A stretch of 64,000 nt of DNA from Lama guanicoe. Its lineage: Eukaryota. Below, one piece after another: positions 39,540 to 51,732 of the stretch. The stretch's first letter is position 1; every line of letters begins with the position of its first letter. The stretch covers positions 194,490 to 258,489 of the forward strand of contig MU053379.1 of the NCBI GenBank assembly GCA_013239625.1, read 5' to 3'. A program made the translations under genes and the position numbers. The notes beneath the pieces are model-generated. The model did no database searches, had not been told where the DNA came from, and saw only the letters and a program-made list of their open reading frames with translations.

Positions 39540-40284
39540 TTTTTAAACATTTTTTATTGAGTTATACTCATTAAACAATGTTGTGTCAAATTCCATGTAG
39601 AGCACAAATTTTTCAGTTATACATGAACATACATATATTCATTGTCACATTTTTTTTTCGCTGTGAGCTATCACAAGATCTTGTATATATTTCCCTGTGC
39701 TACACAGTATAATCTTATTTATCTATTCTGCATATGCCTGTCAGTATCTACAAATTTTGAAATCCCAGTCTGTCCCTTCCCATCCCCCGCCCCCTTGGCA
39801 ACCACAAGTCTGTATTCTATGTCTATGAGTCTGTTTCTGTTTTGTATTTATGGTCTTTTTTTTTTTTAGATTCCACATATGAGCAATCTCATATGGTATT
39901 TTTCTTTCTCTTTCTGGCTTACTTCACTTAGAATGACATTCTCCAGGGACACCTATGTTGCTGTAAATGGTGTTATATTGTCTTTTTTATGGCTGAATAG
40001 TATTCCATTGTATAAATATACCACATCTTCTTTATCCAGTCAGCTGTTGATGGACATTTAGGCTGTTCCCATGTCCTGGCTATTGTAAATAGTGCTGCTA
40101 TGAACATTGGGGTGCAGGTGTCTTTTGGAAGTAGGGTTCCTTCTGCTGTTGAAAGTATTTTTCTGTGACCCTTACTGATGCCAAGCCCAGTTTTCCCAGG
40201 GCTATCTTTTTCACATGGTAAATCTATTCCTATTCTTTTGCAGAATCTCCATACTGTTTTCCATAGTGGCTGCGCCAAACTGCA
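39540..40284 (-). mobile_element. Young camelid-type L1 3' end with exact 16-bp TSD and an internal foreign insert
   Basis: ORF2 tail peptides AQPLWKTVWRF and DTCTPMFIAALFTIARTW..PKCPS plus 3' UTR; TSD ttatcatttcttcttt at 39524-39539 and 40285-40300. Confidence 0.95.
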
Positions 40285-41875
40285 TTATCATTTCTTCTTT
40301 CAACATGCCTCTTCTCTCACCCCGAGTGACCCACCCTCCGTCCCAGAGCACATCCCCATATCCCCATCAGTTGTTATCTGGATCATTTCAACGACCTGTT
40401 AGCTGGCTCCAGGTTCAGAGAGTGCTGGTTGTAAATCCATATTGCTTTGGGGAGCTTTCAGATACTGGAGAGAGAAGCATAGAGAAGCAAAGGGTTCCAG
40501 TTACAAGTAAAATTAGAAGGGAGGAATAATTTTCTATGTAGCTCACTCAGAAGAACATGCTTTGTTTTGCTCAAGAAAAACTCTGGGTTTTTTCATGATT
40601 TAGTTATTGTAACAGGGTACCTAGTGAAGATGAATTCAACATAGAAATTATGTCAGCTGATGTTTTTATAAAGTTCGGTTAGAAACGTGGGGTCACCACA
40701 AAATGGATTTTTGTTCTTCTGCAGTCAGGTAGTCATCTTATTTATGAAGCAACTGGCCCCTCACACTGGGGAAAACCTGTGTGGTGGGCTGTGCTATTTG
40801 TTGACACTTCTTCTGCCTCTCCCTGGTCTTGGCGTGGCTTCCCCATGGGGGGGGAGCTTACTTTCATGTAGGCTTTGACCATGTGACTGACTGACACTTG
40901 GAATGTAGGTGGGAGGGGGAGGTGTGACAACTCTGAACAGAGGCTTCAAAAGGCATGATGTGTGTCAGCTTGCTTTCTAGAGTTTCTAAGTCCTTTATGA
41001 GAAGGAGATACCCTGGGGAGCCATGGCTCATTCACCTGGGGTCCCAGAGTGAAAATGTGGAGCAAACCTGAAACGGACATAAAGCCCAGAGACCAGCACA
41101 GCCCAGCCAAGCCTGCTGACCTAGAGCTGAACCACAGAGCCATAAATGAGAAATAAATACTTATTTCAGTGTTTTAGGCATGTTTGTTGTGTACAATTGC
41201 TGCAGCATGACTTAATGTAGCTTAGGATGGGACCTTGTATTACGTTGTATGTGGGGGTCAGCCAAATCTGCTCACTCTCAAAAAAAGGAATTTTTGTAAC
41301 TACCCATTTTGGTATTCATTCCATTGTTCTGATTTTTGCTATTTGCTATTTTCTATTTGTTCTGCTACTGTTAGGCATGGTGAGCAATATCCAAAATAAT
41401 CAGAAACATACCAAAGAGGTAAATTGGTAATAAAAATAAATAAATTCTGGGAATATATTGAGAAGAGAAATATTACAGACAAGAACTTCTGTAATATGTT
41501 GATGACATTTGAAAAATGGATTAGATAAGAAATAAATCCAAACTATCCAATGGACAATGGATTTTACAAGGAGAAGTTATCAACACAAAATGTAGTTGGC
41601 ATTAGTGGCAACTTCACATGATGAAATTTGTTGTAGAAGAACAACTTAAAAAAAAAAAGAAGTTGCATAGGAAGTGTTGAAAACAGCAATAATTGAGATA
41701 AATTAGACTTGATGGAAGTAATCACCAGAAAATAAAACTGACAGTGAATCACTGAGTAAAAATTGACCAAAGAATCAAATCCTCTCAAGAAAATATTGAT
41801 GTGGAAAAGATAGGCCTGGGAAAACTGGGCTTGGCATCAGTAAGGGTCACAGGAAAACATTCTCAACAGCAGAAG
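40140..41875. repeat. Inverted repeat pair, 77-bp arms (40140-40216 and 41799-41875)
   Basis: Manual ungapped alignment of the reverse complement gives 71/77 identity. Confidence 0.97.
40770..41220 (+). mobile_element. MLT1I/J-like MaLR LTR
   Basis: Contains gaccatgtgact, cctggggtcccagagtgaa..atgtggagca and atgagaaataaatacttatt. Confidence 0.65.
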
Positions 41876-42434
41876 CTGTAATTTGAATAATCTCGACTAA
41901 CGTGGTCTGTTTTTTGAAGTGGTTTATTTTTTTCCCATGAGTTCTGCATCCACCAGGGCATCACTGTATGCGCTGTGAGCCTGGCCCCCGTGCTTCCAGA
42001 CTGGCCATCTCCTGGGAGAGGATCAAGTTTCCTAAGGTAGCCAAAGGACAAGTGAGGTGGGGGCAACACTCTGGTCTCCCCAGGTGCAGCACCCACCCGA
42101 GGGCCCTGGGCACCAGGGTCCTGCCTGGTGGACACGTGGATGTCATGCCCAGGGGTAAATCAGTGGAGCCAGTTCGAGGGGAGGACCACCCCCTCCCCTG
42201 TCTTCCAGGGAGTCCTGGTTTCTTAAGGCCACTCCATGGAGTGTCATGAAGGCCAAGCTCTGGTGGAATTTCTCAGTCCACCTCCACTTGCCTTGTATTC
42301 AGTGGGAACTTTCTCAGACTCTGGCATTTTATTGACAGCCAGTTGTCTTTTAGAAATAACCTCTTGAAGAAATGTCCCCGTTTTAAACCAGAACTTAAAA
42401 CAATTGAATTACTCTTTGCAAGACACAGTTATGT

Positions 42435-42810
42435 TACCTGGTATATGCGTAAGCTTGTGTGCATGTGTGAGCATGGATACGTGTGAAAGAACATTTATTG
42501 TTTAGTTCATGTGTACATACGCTTGTGTACCTGGGCACGTGGATGTGTGTGTTTGTGGATGTGTATGTATGTGAATCCAGAGTGGGCTTGAGGCTGTGTG
42601 AACGTGTATATGTGTACATGGGTGCTCCCATGAGTATGTGTTTGGATGTACATGAGAGTGTGTTGCATGTGCTTGAGAATGTATGTAATTGTGTGGATGT
42701 GAGTGAACTTGGTGGTTGTGTGTAATGAGTATGCATGCTTCTGTGCATTTATGTATGCTGTGTGTGTATGCACATGTGTGAGTGGTGTGTATGTGTCTGT
42801 GTTTTTGTGA
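42435..42810. repeat. Degenerate (TG)/(TGCA)-rich low-complexity repeat
   Basis: Repeated gtgtgcatgt/gtgtatgt units. Confidence 0.85.
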
Positions 42811-43034
42811 CTACCTAATAAAATTTACACCCTGAGGATGGTTAAGTGACATTTGAAGCAGTTTGTTAACAAATCAGGCTTTATACCATCCTTCAAAGGT
42901 AAGCATTTGAAGAACCTTATTAGTGGCCTATCCCTATCTCCTTCTACAATAAGATGTTAATTAGTATATGTAACTAGTATATGTTAATTAGTATATATAA
43001 TTTTTAATTGTGGAAATTGCAATTTGAGACACAT

Positions 43035-43200
43035 GCATATGTCTCAAACTTTAGTGCACACATGAATCACTGGGCAACCTGGTTAAGAGGCTGCTCCTGA
43101 TTCATTGAGTCTGGGTAAGACCTGAGATTGTGATTTTCTGCCAAATCCTCAGATGATGCTGAAGCTGCTGTTCTGGGGACTGCTCTTGGGGCAGCAAGGT
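43035..43200. mobile_element. MER5A-like hAT MITE
   Basis: tctcaaactttagtgcacacatgaatcactggg...cagatgatgctgaagctgctgttctggggac. Confidence 0.75.
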
Positions 43201-43321
43201 TCTGTGTCCCTAGGATGGCATTCTTATGCTGATCGAGGGCTTCCAGATGGACTCCAGTCTGTCACAAGTGTAACTAGAAGGTGAACTGACAATTGCTACT
43301 AAAAAATTGTTGCATGTCCTC

Positions 43322-43471
43322 TCTTGTTCTTAAGCTTTGGAACACAATGAAATCACCTGGAGAACTTATACTGTTGCTTGGATTCCACCTCTAGAGATTC
43401 TAATTTCACTTCCTTGAGATGCAGCCCAAGTAATGGAATTTTAAAAGTGCAACCAAAGTGGAGAACTGCTG
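43322..43471. mobile_element. MER5-like hAT MITE
   Basis: gttcttaagcttt...aatcacctggagaactt...agagattctaattt...gagaactgctg. Confidence 0.7.
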
Positions 43472-43639
43472 TGCTCAGCATATGTTGGGGTGACTAAGGA
43501 CATAATGGTTGTTCAAGGACTGAGAAGAGGACAGAAGTTGGGAGTCTAAGACATAGAGGCATTTAAGAAACCATATAGTCCTCAAAGAAACTGTGAAGAA
43601 ATAGCCAGAGTTGTGGGATTAAAAACCAAAAGAGCAGAA

Positions 43640-43743
43640 TGAATCAACAGAAGAATGGATAAAGAAGAGGTGGGATTTACATACACACACACACATATAT
43701 ATATATATATCTCCAATGTATATATACGCAAAAATCCAATCTG

Positions 43744-43781
<38 letters not shown>

Positions 43782-44210
43782 AATATTACTCAGCCATAAA
43801 AAGGATGAAATAATGCCACTTGCAGCAACACGGATGGACCTAGAGATGATCATACTAAGTGAAGTAAGTCAGAGAAAGCTTTCCTTTTGAGTTAGAGTCT
43901 TCATTTTATTTTTTTTAAATAAAAATCCAATGTATTTGTGGGTGCATGTAAGTCAGAGAAACACAAATATCATATCACTTATATGTGGTATCTAAAAAAA
44001 GTGAAACAAATGAACTTACTTATAAAACAGAAACAGACTTGCAGACAGAATACAAACTTATGGTTACCAAAAGGGAAAGAGAGGGAGGGATAAATTGGGA
44101 ATTGGGGATCAACAGATGTACCACATATGAAATAGATAAACAAACAAGGATTTACTGTATAGCACAGGGAACTATATTTAATATTTTGTAATAAACTATA
44201 ATGGAAAAAA
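43640..44210 (+). mobile_element. Cetartiodactyl L1 3' end with internal microsatellite and 70-bp insert
   Basis: Contains gaatggataaagaag, gaatattactcagccataaaaagga, tggacctagagatgatcatactaagtgaagtaagtcaga and tagcacagggaactatatt. Confidence 0.9.
43680..43778. repeat. Compound (CA)n(TA)n ... (AC)16 microsatellite
   Basis: Direct reading; perfect (AC)16 at 43747-43778. Confidence 0.95.
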
Positions 44211-44600
44211 GAGAGAACAGAATGGATGAACAAATGATAGTTTATTAAACCATGGGACACTACTCAGCAATGAAAAGGAATGAACTACTGACATACATAG
44301 CAGCCTGGAGGAACCTCAAAATATGCTGAGTGAAGGAAGCCAGACACTTACAGTATAAACCCAGATAGATGAAATTCAAGAAGAGGTGCAGTCAGTCTAG
44401 GGTGATCGCTATCCGAATAGTAATTGCTTCTGTGGGGCTGCGGGGGCGTCTCCCAGGATGAAAGACACACAGGTAATGTTTTATAGCTTGATTTGGGTGG
44501 TGGTGTATACATTTGTCAAAGCTTATCAAGTGGTACATTTAAGATCTGCACCTCCATGTCTTATAAATAATACCTCAAATAAAAATAAACTTTGTTGCAA
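44211..44600 (+). mobile_element. Old L1 (L1MC/ME-like) 3' end
   Basis: tactcagcaatgaaaaggaatgaactactg...tacatttgtcaaagcttatcaagtggtacatttaagatctg. Confidence 0.75.
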
Positions 44601-47409
44601 ATAAAACAAAAAAAAATCAAGGGAGACAATAGCAAGATAGACTGTGCTGTCCCTACTGGGGGACGTGTTGGTAACCTCCATGTTTTCACAGCAAAATATG
44701 ACCCTGAGCTGAAGAAACATTTGAGTATGAGTACTTGTCTGCCTTCCTGAGCATTTCCTGAAGATAGACTCATAGATGGGAGGTTAAATGGCCCAAGTTC
44801 ATGAACATTTTAAAGATCTTGATATTCTCTCTTTTTAGTGGGTCTATTAATTCTCCCTTTCCTCTTTTCTTCCTGTTTCTCCTTCTTGATCTTTCTATCT
44901 CTCTCCCTTACTCCTTTCTCTTCCTCCTCCTCCTCTCCTTCCTCCATTTTTCTCTTTTTTGACTTTGTCTCCATTAATGAACTTGCAGAGGCAATGGGAT
45001 ACAGGGATTAAGAGTAGGGGCCCTGAAGTTCAAAGTCCTGGTTTTCCATCTGGGTCCCAGGTCTGGGTCTAGCTGCCAATTTACTGGTAGAAGAAGAGCT
45101 AAAGGATGAGGGGATGCCATTGCTATGGCAGTGGAAACATAAAACAAAGAAGCAGAGGGGTTGGAAGAACAGCAAAAACAAAACCAGCGGAAAGAGGAAG
45201 AAACAGTGAACAGAATACTGGACTCCATAGGACTCTTCAGAGGAAGAGATGTGAGGAGAGAGATTATGATGATGACTGTCTCATGTGGCAGACGCACTCT
45301 GGGTCAGAATTGCAGCTAGCACTGACCCTGCACCATCCCTTCTGATGGCTCTAACAGCTGAGGGCAGTGGTTCTGTGTTAACGCCATCTCACACCCTGGG
45401 ACGTGGAGGCTCAGAAAGGTCTATATATTCACATTTGCCCTCTTCAGGTTACTTCAGATATGATCTGCTCTTTACTTCAATTTGGATGATGCTCCCAGCT
45501 GGCAACTGGTAAGAATGTAAATTGGTACAATCTCGGTGGAAAGCAAATTGATAGTATGAATCAACAATCATAAACTATTTATTCTTCTTAAATAATAAAT
45601 CCCTCTTTGGGGACTCAATCCCAAGGAAACAGTCTGCAATGTAGACAAAAATTTTATTAGATTATGCATGATTAAGCTGATCTAATTTCTAGATGTATTG
45701 ATCTAATTTCCAGGTGTTTTGATGAGTCTACACTGCCTGTCTGTTCTGAAATCGAGCTTCAGAGTGTATACAAAATCAGTATTATTACAGCTTGTTATTA
45801 TCAAATAATATCTTAAAGAATTGTTCAAAAATGATACTGCTATGTTGTTTTTGGTACATTACATAAGGTATAATTTTGGTGGCATAATATTGCATTATGT
45901 AAATATCACAACTGAACTAAAATGATAAGCTGTGAGCACAAACTGTGCTTGGTATGTATCACAGCCTTTCACAGTGATCAGCTGTAACTGGCTATGTGTC
46001 AATATATTATTAGTTTAAAATGATTACTCTTGCATGTCTGGGGTAAAATGGAAGAATGATGCTGTGTACAAACTCACCCTTTTTTAAATCTGCAAGTTGG
46101 ACAAAAATTCAGCAAGAAAGGTAAACAGCAAAAGTTGAATAAGATAAGAGGAGAACACTCCATGTGTTAATATTTGAAAAATGACAATGACAGACACGCG
46201 AGATGGAAGATCTTGCCGTGACTCAGAGTCTCTGCCCCACCCCAAAGCAATGTGGAGGAAAGGGGCCTTGTGGAAAGTCTTTAGAAATCTGCCCAATCTT
46301 TGAAAAGAGTGAATTAAAAAGATATGCAGGTAGTCCGTAAATAAACAAAACATATGTGAAAATAAATGCTCCAACTACCTTGTGGTCCCTACAGAGACAA
46401 AAAAATAAAAAATCCATCAGGCTTTGCTATTTTGCTTCTCCTGCTGGGAGAAAAGGCGAAGTGGAAGACAAAATAATCATAATGACTCTGAACTAATGAT
46501 CTCCAAAAATGAATAGGAATCTAGCAGAACAGAAGACAGCAGAGGAAATAAACGTGCCAAGATTCCTTTAAGGAGCAAAGGGGGAAAGAGTAAGGGAGGC
46601 TTCCAGGTGAAGTTTCTTCCTCCCTCTTGAAAACTCAAGTCGCACCTATATTTTCTCTCCATTTGTTGCAGGATGTGAAATTGACTTAGGGAGAAGCAGG
46701 CGGTATTAGGGAAGGGAACTGGAGGTCTTTGATGAGAGTGAAGGCCCTAAGGCCCAGTTCTGAATTGGCTGAATGGCCTGAAATGTGCAGATGTCTGTGA
46801 GTATCTGCTAGACCAAATAGAGTAAACCTTGGCTCAAGGCAGTTAAATTTCAAAAGAGAAAACGAAAAGTATTTCCAACCTTCAGTCCACTAAGCTATGG
46901 AGAAGACCTCAATTTTCGTAGCTTTTAAACTGAAGGTCTGAGAGCAAGAAAAATGGCCTCAGGAGTTCAAGGAAAATTCACCCACATCATTTAAGAGAAA
47001 ATTGAACCTTTTGATACAGGTTTAATTCACTCTCATACAAAATAACTTTAAAAATCATGAGTAAAAATATAAGCAAATGGAGTCTATTAGCACCTTAAAA
47101 ATCAAGAAGTTAATCCTTAAAATACAAGAATTGTTCAGAATTAATAAATATTAAAAGATGTAAAATCTAATAATAGACTGAACTATGTCTTATATCCATA
47201 ATATACTATAAATAAATATGTTAACATTAAACAGTAGATTAAAATAATATCAATTAAGGGGGAAAGTAAAGAAAATTCAACATCCTGTGAAAAACAACCA
47301 AACAAAGCTGCCTTATAACACACTAGTCTAATACTCAAAATGATTTTAAAATGTATAAAACTAAAGCCAGAATCTTGTAAGCCAGTATTTGTTAATTTGG
47401 GGGAGGAGG

Positions 47410-47855
47410 GCTTCCCAGTGTCCACCTTGCTGTTTGGGAGGAATTCCCCATTGAATTAAGTAGTGAAAAGTACAGCCCTTTCTTTCACATCAGAAATCTA
47501 AGGGTTGAAATGTTCACTCCTCTTGCCACCAGATAGAGAAATCACAGGCACAGGCTAGGCTTAGCATATTCATGCTTTCATTTGGGAATTTAGACCATGA
47601 GCAAGAGAGGAAAAAAAAGGAATAATTATTTGTTATGAAAGAAACATCTCAGATGGTAACTAGTGACAAAGGCTGCAGGGTCCAGTGGCGGGGAGTCTCT
47701 ACAAATCAGACAAATATTGGTTTTTCATGCCTGAAGTCTGGCTTTCTAGCGTTCTATTGACAGTTGGAACTACTTGATAATCTTCCAAAAATTCCTTCCT
47801 GCTTAGGGTAATCAGACTCAGTTTTTGTTGCTTTCACCTGGATTCTTGGCTGGCA
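47410..47855 (+). mobile_element. Old MLT1 (K/L-like) LTR
   Basis: 3' end aaattccttcctgcttagggtaatcagactcagtttttgttgcttt. Confidence 0.5.
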
Positions 47856-47869
47856 CTGTGACACACTGC

Positions 47870-48500
47870 CTAATGGAGGTAAGAATAGAAACATTCTCAT
47901 TTAATTCAGGAAAAATACAAGGTTGTACACCATCATTAACATTTTTAACATTGTTCTGAAAGTAACAGCCAATGTAATTAGACAAGAAAAGGACATTTGG
48001 TTTACGTGTTAGAAAGATAGCAGACAGTGTATCATTATTTGTACACCATTTTATTGTCAACCCAGAAAATCTAGGAAAAAGAAAGAAACAAACAAAAAAA
48101 GTTACAAACAATAGAAGAATCCAGAGAGATCACTGGTTACAAAATTAAAATGCGAAAGTTAATGTCTTTCTAGCTACCAATAATAGTCTTCAAGACAGCA
48201 AAACAAATACAACTGTGGCTTGAATATAGGAATATATTTCTCTCTCTCTGCAAGTCCAGAGGTAGGTAAAGTAAGGACTGTTATGCTCATTCCTATCAGG
48301 GAAGCTTCTATTAGTAGAGAAAAGGGGAGATGATGTATTGGAAGACAGTTTGCCACTACCAACTTGAAAATATAATTGAAGTAAAGATTTCATTTTTAAA
48401 AGGAGCCCAAATAAATTTTTAAAACAAGAAGTAAACTTAATAAGATGTACAAAATTTTCTAGCCCATGTGGAACTCTTACAGAATAGAATGGATAAAATT
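47870..48500 (+). mobile_element. Highly degenerate L1M ORF2 (RT region) fragment
   Basis: tcaggaaaaatacaaggttgt...tttaacattgttctgaaagt...aattagacaagaaaag...ggttacaaaattaa. Confidence 0.65.
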
Positions 48501-48807
48501 CTTTGTGTAAGAATTTGGAAAAGATAGTGAAAAGTGTTAGGGAGCAAGATATTCTAGTGGTGCTCAAGTATTACCCCATAGAGCACTTACTAACATCCAA
48601 AGGAATCATCAACCTTCACAGTGGCAAGGTCACCTGGACCAACTGACGGAACAGTATCAGCATGGCAACAGCCTGATATTGTGCGCTTCCCTGCAGGATG
48701 CAGTCTGAAGAAGACAGCATCTCTTGTGAGGCACTCTCACTATTTCAGTCAAGCCTTCTGACTTCCCTTTAGATTTGCGGCGAATACAGGAAGATCAATG
48801 AGCAAGT

Positions 48808-49220
48808 TGTTGAAGGGAAATACAAAATGGAAACCAAACTCAAAAATTCCTTAAGCAGACAAAAAAATTTAAGACATATAAGTGAAACTTAATTTAGCCT
48901 ATTCTGCAAAGCAAGCAAAATGTTACTTGGGCTGCCTCTTGTAAACGCCTTTGAAAATCATAAATGAAACCTAAACTGTTCTCCAAAATTGGCATGATGT
49001 AGCCACTTTCAACCAATCCTCTATCACTTGGAAAACCAATGTAAAGAATATTCTGTCTGCATTTTCACTACGTAAGTTGTCTTATAACAGTATACCTCGG
49101 AGTCTCATTCTACTGTTGGTTTGAGTTCATGGAACTATTTTGATATGCACAATAAACTCTTATTAAATATTATTTTATTGATCTGGTGGTTTTAATTTTG
49201 CTATTTTGGGATTTTTGACA
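48808..49220 (+). mobile_element. ERV1-type solo LTR (family unassigned)
   Basis: TG...CA termini, aaaatgga near the start, CCAAT boxes, AATAAA at about 49151, ends ttttgaca. Confidence 0.65.
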
Positions 49221-49429
49221 AAAATAAACAACCCCTTAAGGAAATAAGTATACAAGTTCAGAGTGTGGAATATTCTACAGGACAGGTGGCCTCTTCAAAA
49301 AGTCGATATCACAGACCAAAAAGGAAGGTAGAGACCTCTGTTTATTAAAGAGACTAAAGAGACTAACAACAGAATAAAACAAGCAGACATTAATTAGATT
49401 CTGGTTTTAAAACAAACCCAAATATTTAT

Positions 49430-49852
49430 CAATTGATGAATGAATAAGCAAAATGTGGTATATAGCCATAAAATCGAATGTTTTTCAGTCATAAAAAGAA
49501 ATGAGGGACTGATTCATACTATAGCATGGGTGAAACTTGAAAATAACATAAATGAAAAAAACCAGACACAAACGGCTACATATTGTATGATTTGATTTAT
49601 ATGAAATGTTCAGAATAGGCAAATCCTTAGAGACAGAAATTAGATTAGTGGTTGCCATGGGCTGTAGGAGGGGAAATGGAGAGAGAAATACATAGGGAGT
49701 GATTGCTTATAATTGGGCACTGGGTTTCTTTTTAGGTTAATGAAAATATTCTGGAATTATTAATGATGGTTGCATAACTTTGTAAAATTACTAAATCCCA
49801 CGAAATTATGTACTTCAAAAGGGTAATGTTTATGGTATATGAATTCTATTTC

Positions 49853-49854
<2 letters not shown>
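49430..49854 (+). mobile_element. L1MB-like 3' end
   Basis: gatgaatgaataagcaaaatgtggtatat...ccagacacaaacggctacatattgtatgatt...tttatggtatatgaatt. Confidence 0.85.

Positions 49855-49918
<64 letters not shown>
49855..49918 (+). repeat. (GATA)16 tetranucleotide microsatellite
   Basis: 16 perfect units. Confidence 0.97.
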
Positions 49919-51732
49919 CAGGAAAGCTGCAAAAAGCAACAAAACCCCCAAAGCTATAAAATGAGCATTTTTGGAGCAGTTGAGGAAATTAGAATATAGA
50001 TTGGATAGTAGATATTAAAGAAATTATATAGGTGTGATAATGATATTGTGTTGAGCAAAAGAATTTCCCTTTTTAGGAGATACAAGTTGATATATTTAGG
50101 AATAAGATATCATGATGCCTATAATTGATAATTATATTGTGATTAGCAGTACAGTGTCTTTTTTAGGAGATACATATTGATATATTTAAGAGTAAAGTAT
50201 CATGATGCTCATATTTTGTTTGCAAATGGCTCAGCAAAAACTATGAATAAAATAAATAAAAATCCATAGATGAAAATAGAACATGGCAAACATCAACAAT
50301 TTTTGGATATAAGTAGTGAGTATATGGATTATCATTTCACTATTGTTTCCACTTTCTCATATCTTCAAAAATTTTCACAGAAACGTTTGGAGAGGTACTG
50401 AGGTCCTTAAGAGATCACTCAAGTTAATGAAGAGACACGTAGGAGGAACTGATGATGTGAAGGTACCAAGTCTACCAACATTATCAGTGCTTTCAATGTC
50501 ATCCTAGTGGCAATATTACCGGTACTACTTTTGGAAGTTGACATCATAATACTAAGGGTCAGCTGGAGAAATAAACACGTGAGAATATTCAGGGAAATTC
50601 TGAAAATGAAGGCTAACAAAAGACGACCAAACTTAAGAGCTATTAAACCATTATGTAAAGCTAAACCATTTCAGGACAGCTTAACGTAGTAGAAAATAGC
50701 CAATTTAACAAAATAAAATAGGAAGTTCAGAAACTGACCCAAATGCATGTAGAAATTGCTTGTATCTAAAGGTGACATTAAACATAAGTGGAGAAAGGGA
50801 GGCTTATGTAATAGATTGCTCTGGATCAGATGGCCAGCTGTTTGCAAAAATGCAAATATGGATCTCAGCGCGTTCTTATTCCAAATACAGTCTAGATGAT
50901 GCAAACCTTTAAAAAAAAATGAAACCATAAAACACTAGCCTACAGATAATTAAATCACATCTTGTGTTCCTATAACTGAACAGCAAATTAAGACTTAAAA
51001 ATAACTATGTACTTGACATTTCTTCAATGAATTGGTACCACTTGTTGCCTTTGGGAAAATGAGCCGTGATTCTCAAAATTTGGTGGTGCTGTGATTTTCA
51101 CTGCTTTGCATTTAGTCAAGGCAGGCTTTGTTGAAGAGCTTGCTGTTCTAAACATCAGTGAATGTGGGGAGTTACTGTTGCCCCTTGTTTGGAAGGAGGG
51201 AGAGGGTCTGACTTTGGGCCGGTGGTGTGAAAGGGCAGCTTGGCGCTAGAAAGGCTCGTTGATCATAGCTCAAGGTTAGATGGGCTGTGTGAGCAGGTGT
51301 GTGCAGTGCTTTCAAAGACAGGAAAGAGTGGCTGCTAGCCAGCATTTTGCAACCTTCAGGGGGCATCCTAGGCCCTGCATGGTTAAGTAAATGACAATCC
51401 TAGTGCCATTTCTTTACAGAGTTGGGCTGTGAGCATGAAAATGGAACCTAAAAATAATGTGCGATTCACATGCAACACTAAACAGTCCGCAGAGCTGCCG
51501 TCTTCCAAGGAGGAGTGCAGTGAGAGCTCCATCCAACCTTACTCAGGTGCAGTTTCATGACCCTTGTAAATAGCCAGGCTTCCCCCAATGTCTGCTGAGG
51601 TCAAGAGCCTTACAGTATTTTGTTTTGTAGATGAATTGACTTTCTATCCTTGGTTTTGGGCATTGGGAGCCAATCCCTTTTCCAAAGAGTTCTCTAAATT
51701 CTGGAGGTGCTTATATTCTCTTATTATTTCTG

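Larger units (their letters stand above)
48540..50390 (+). mobile_element. L1MC/ME-like 3' region split by two later insertions
   Basis: Collinear old-L1 3' UTR pieces at about 48540-48807, 49221-49420 and 49960-50390. Confidence 0.6.

Noticed and set aside
42434..42773. His/Thr-rich and Val/Cys-rich ORFs
   Set aside because: Artefacts of the TG-rich repeat.
49760..49951. (LSIY)n ORF
   Set aside because: Antisense translation of (GATA)16.
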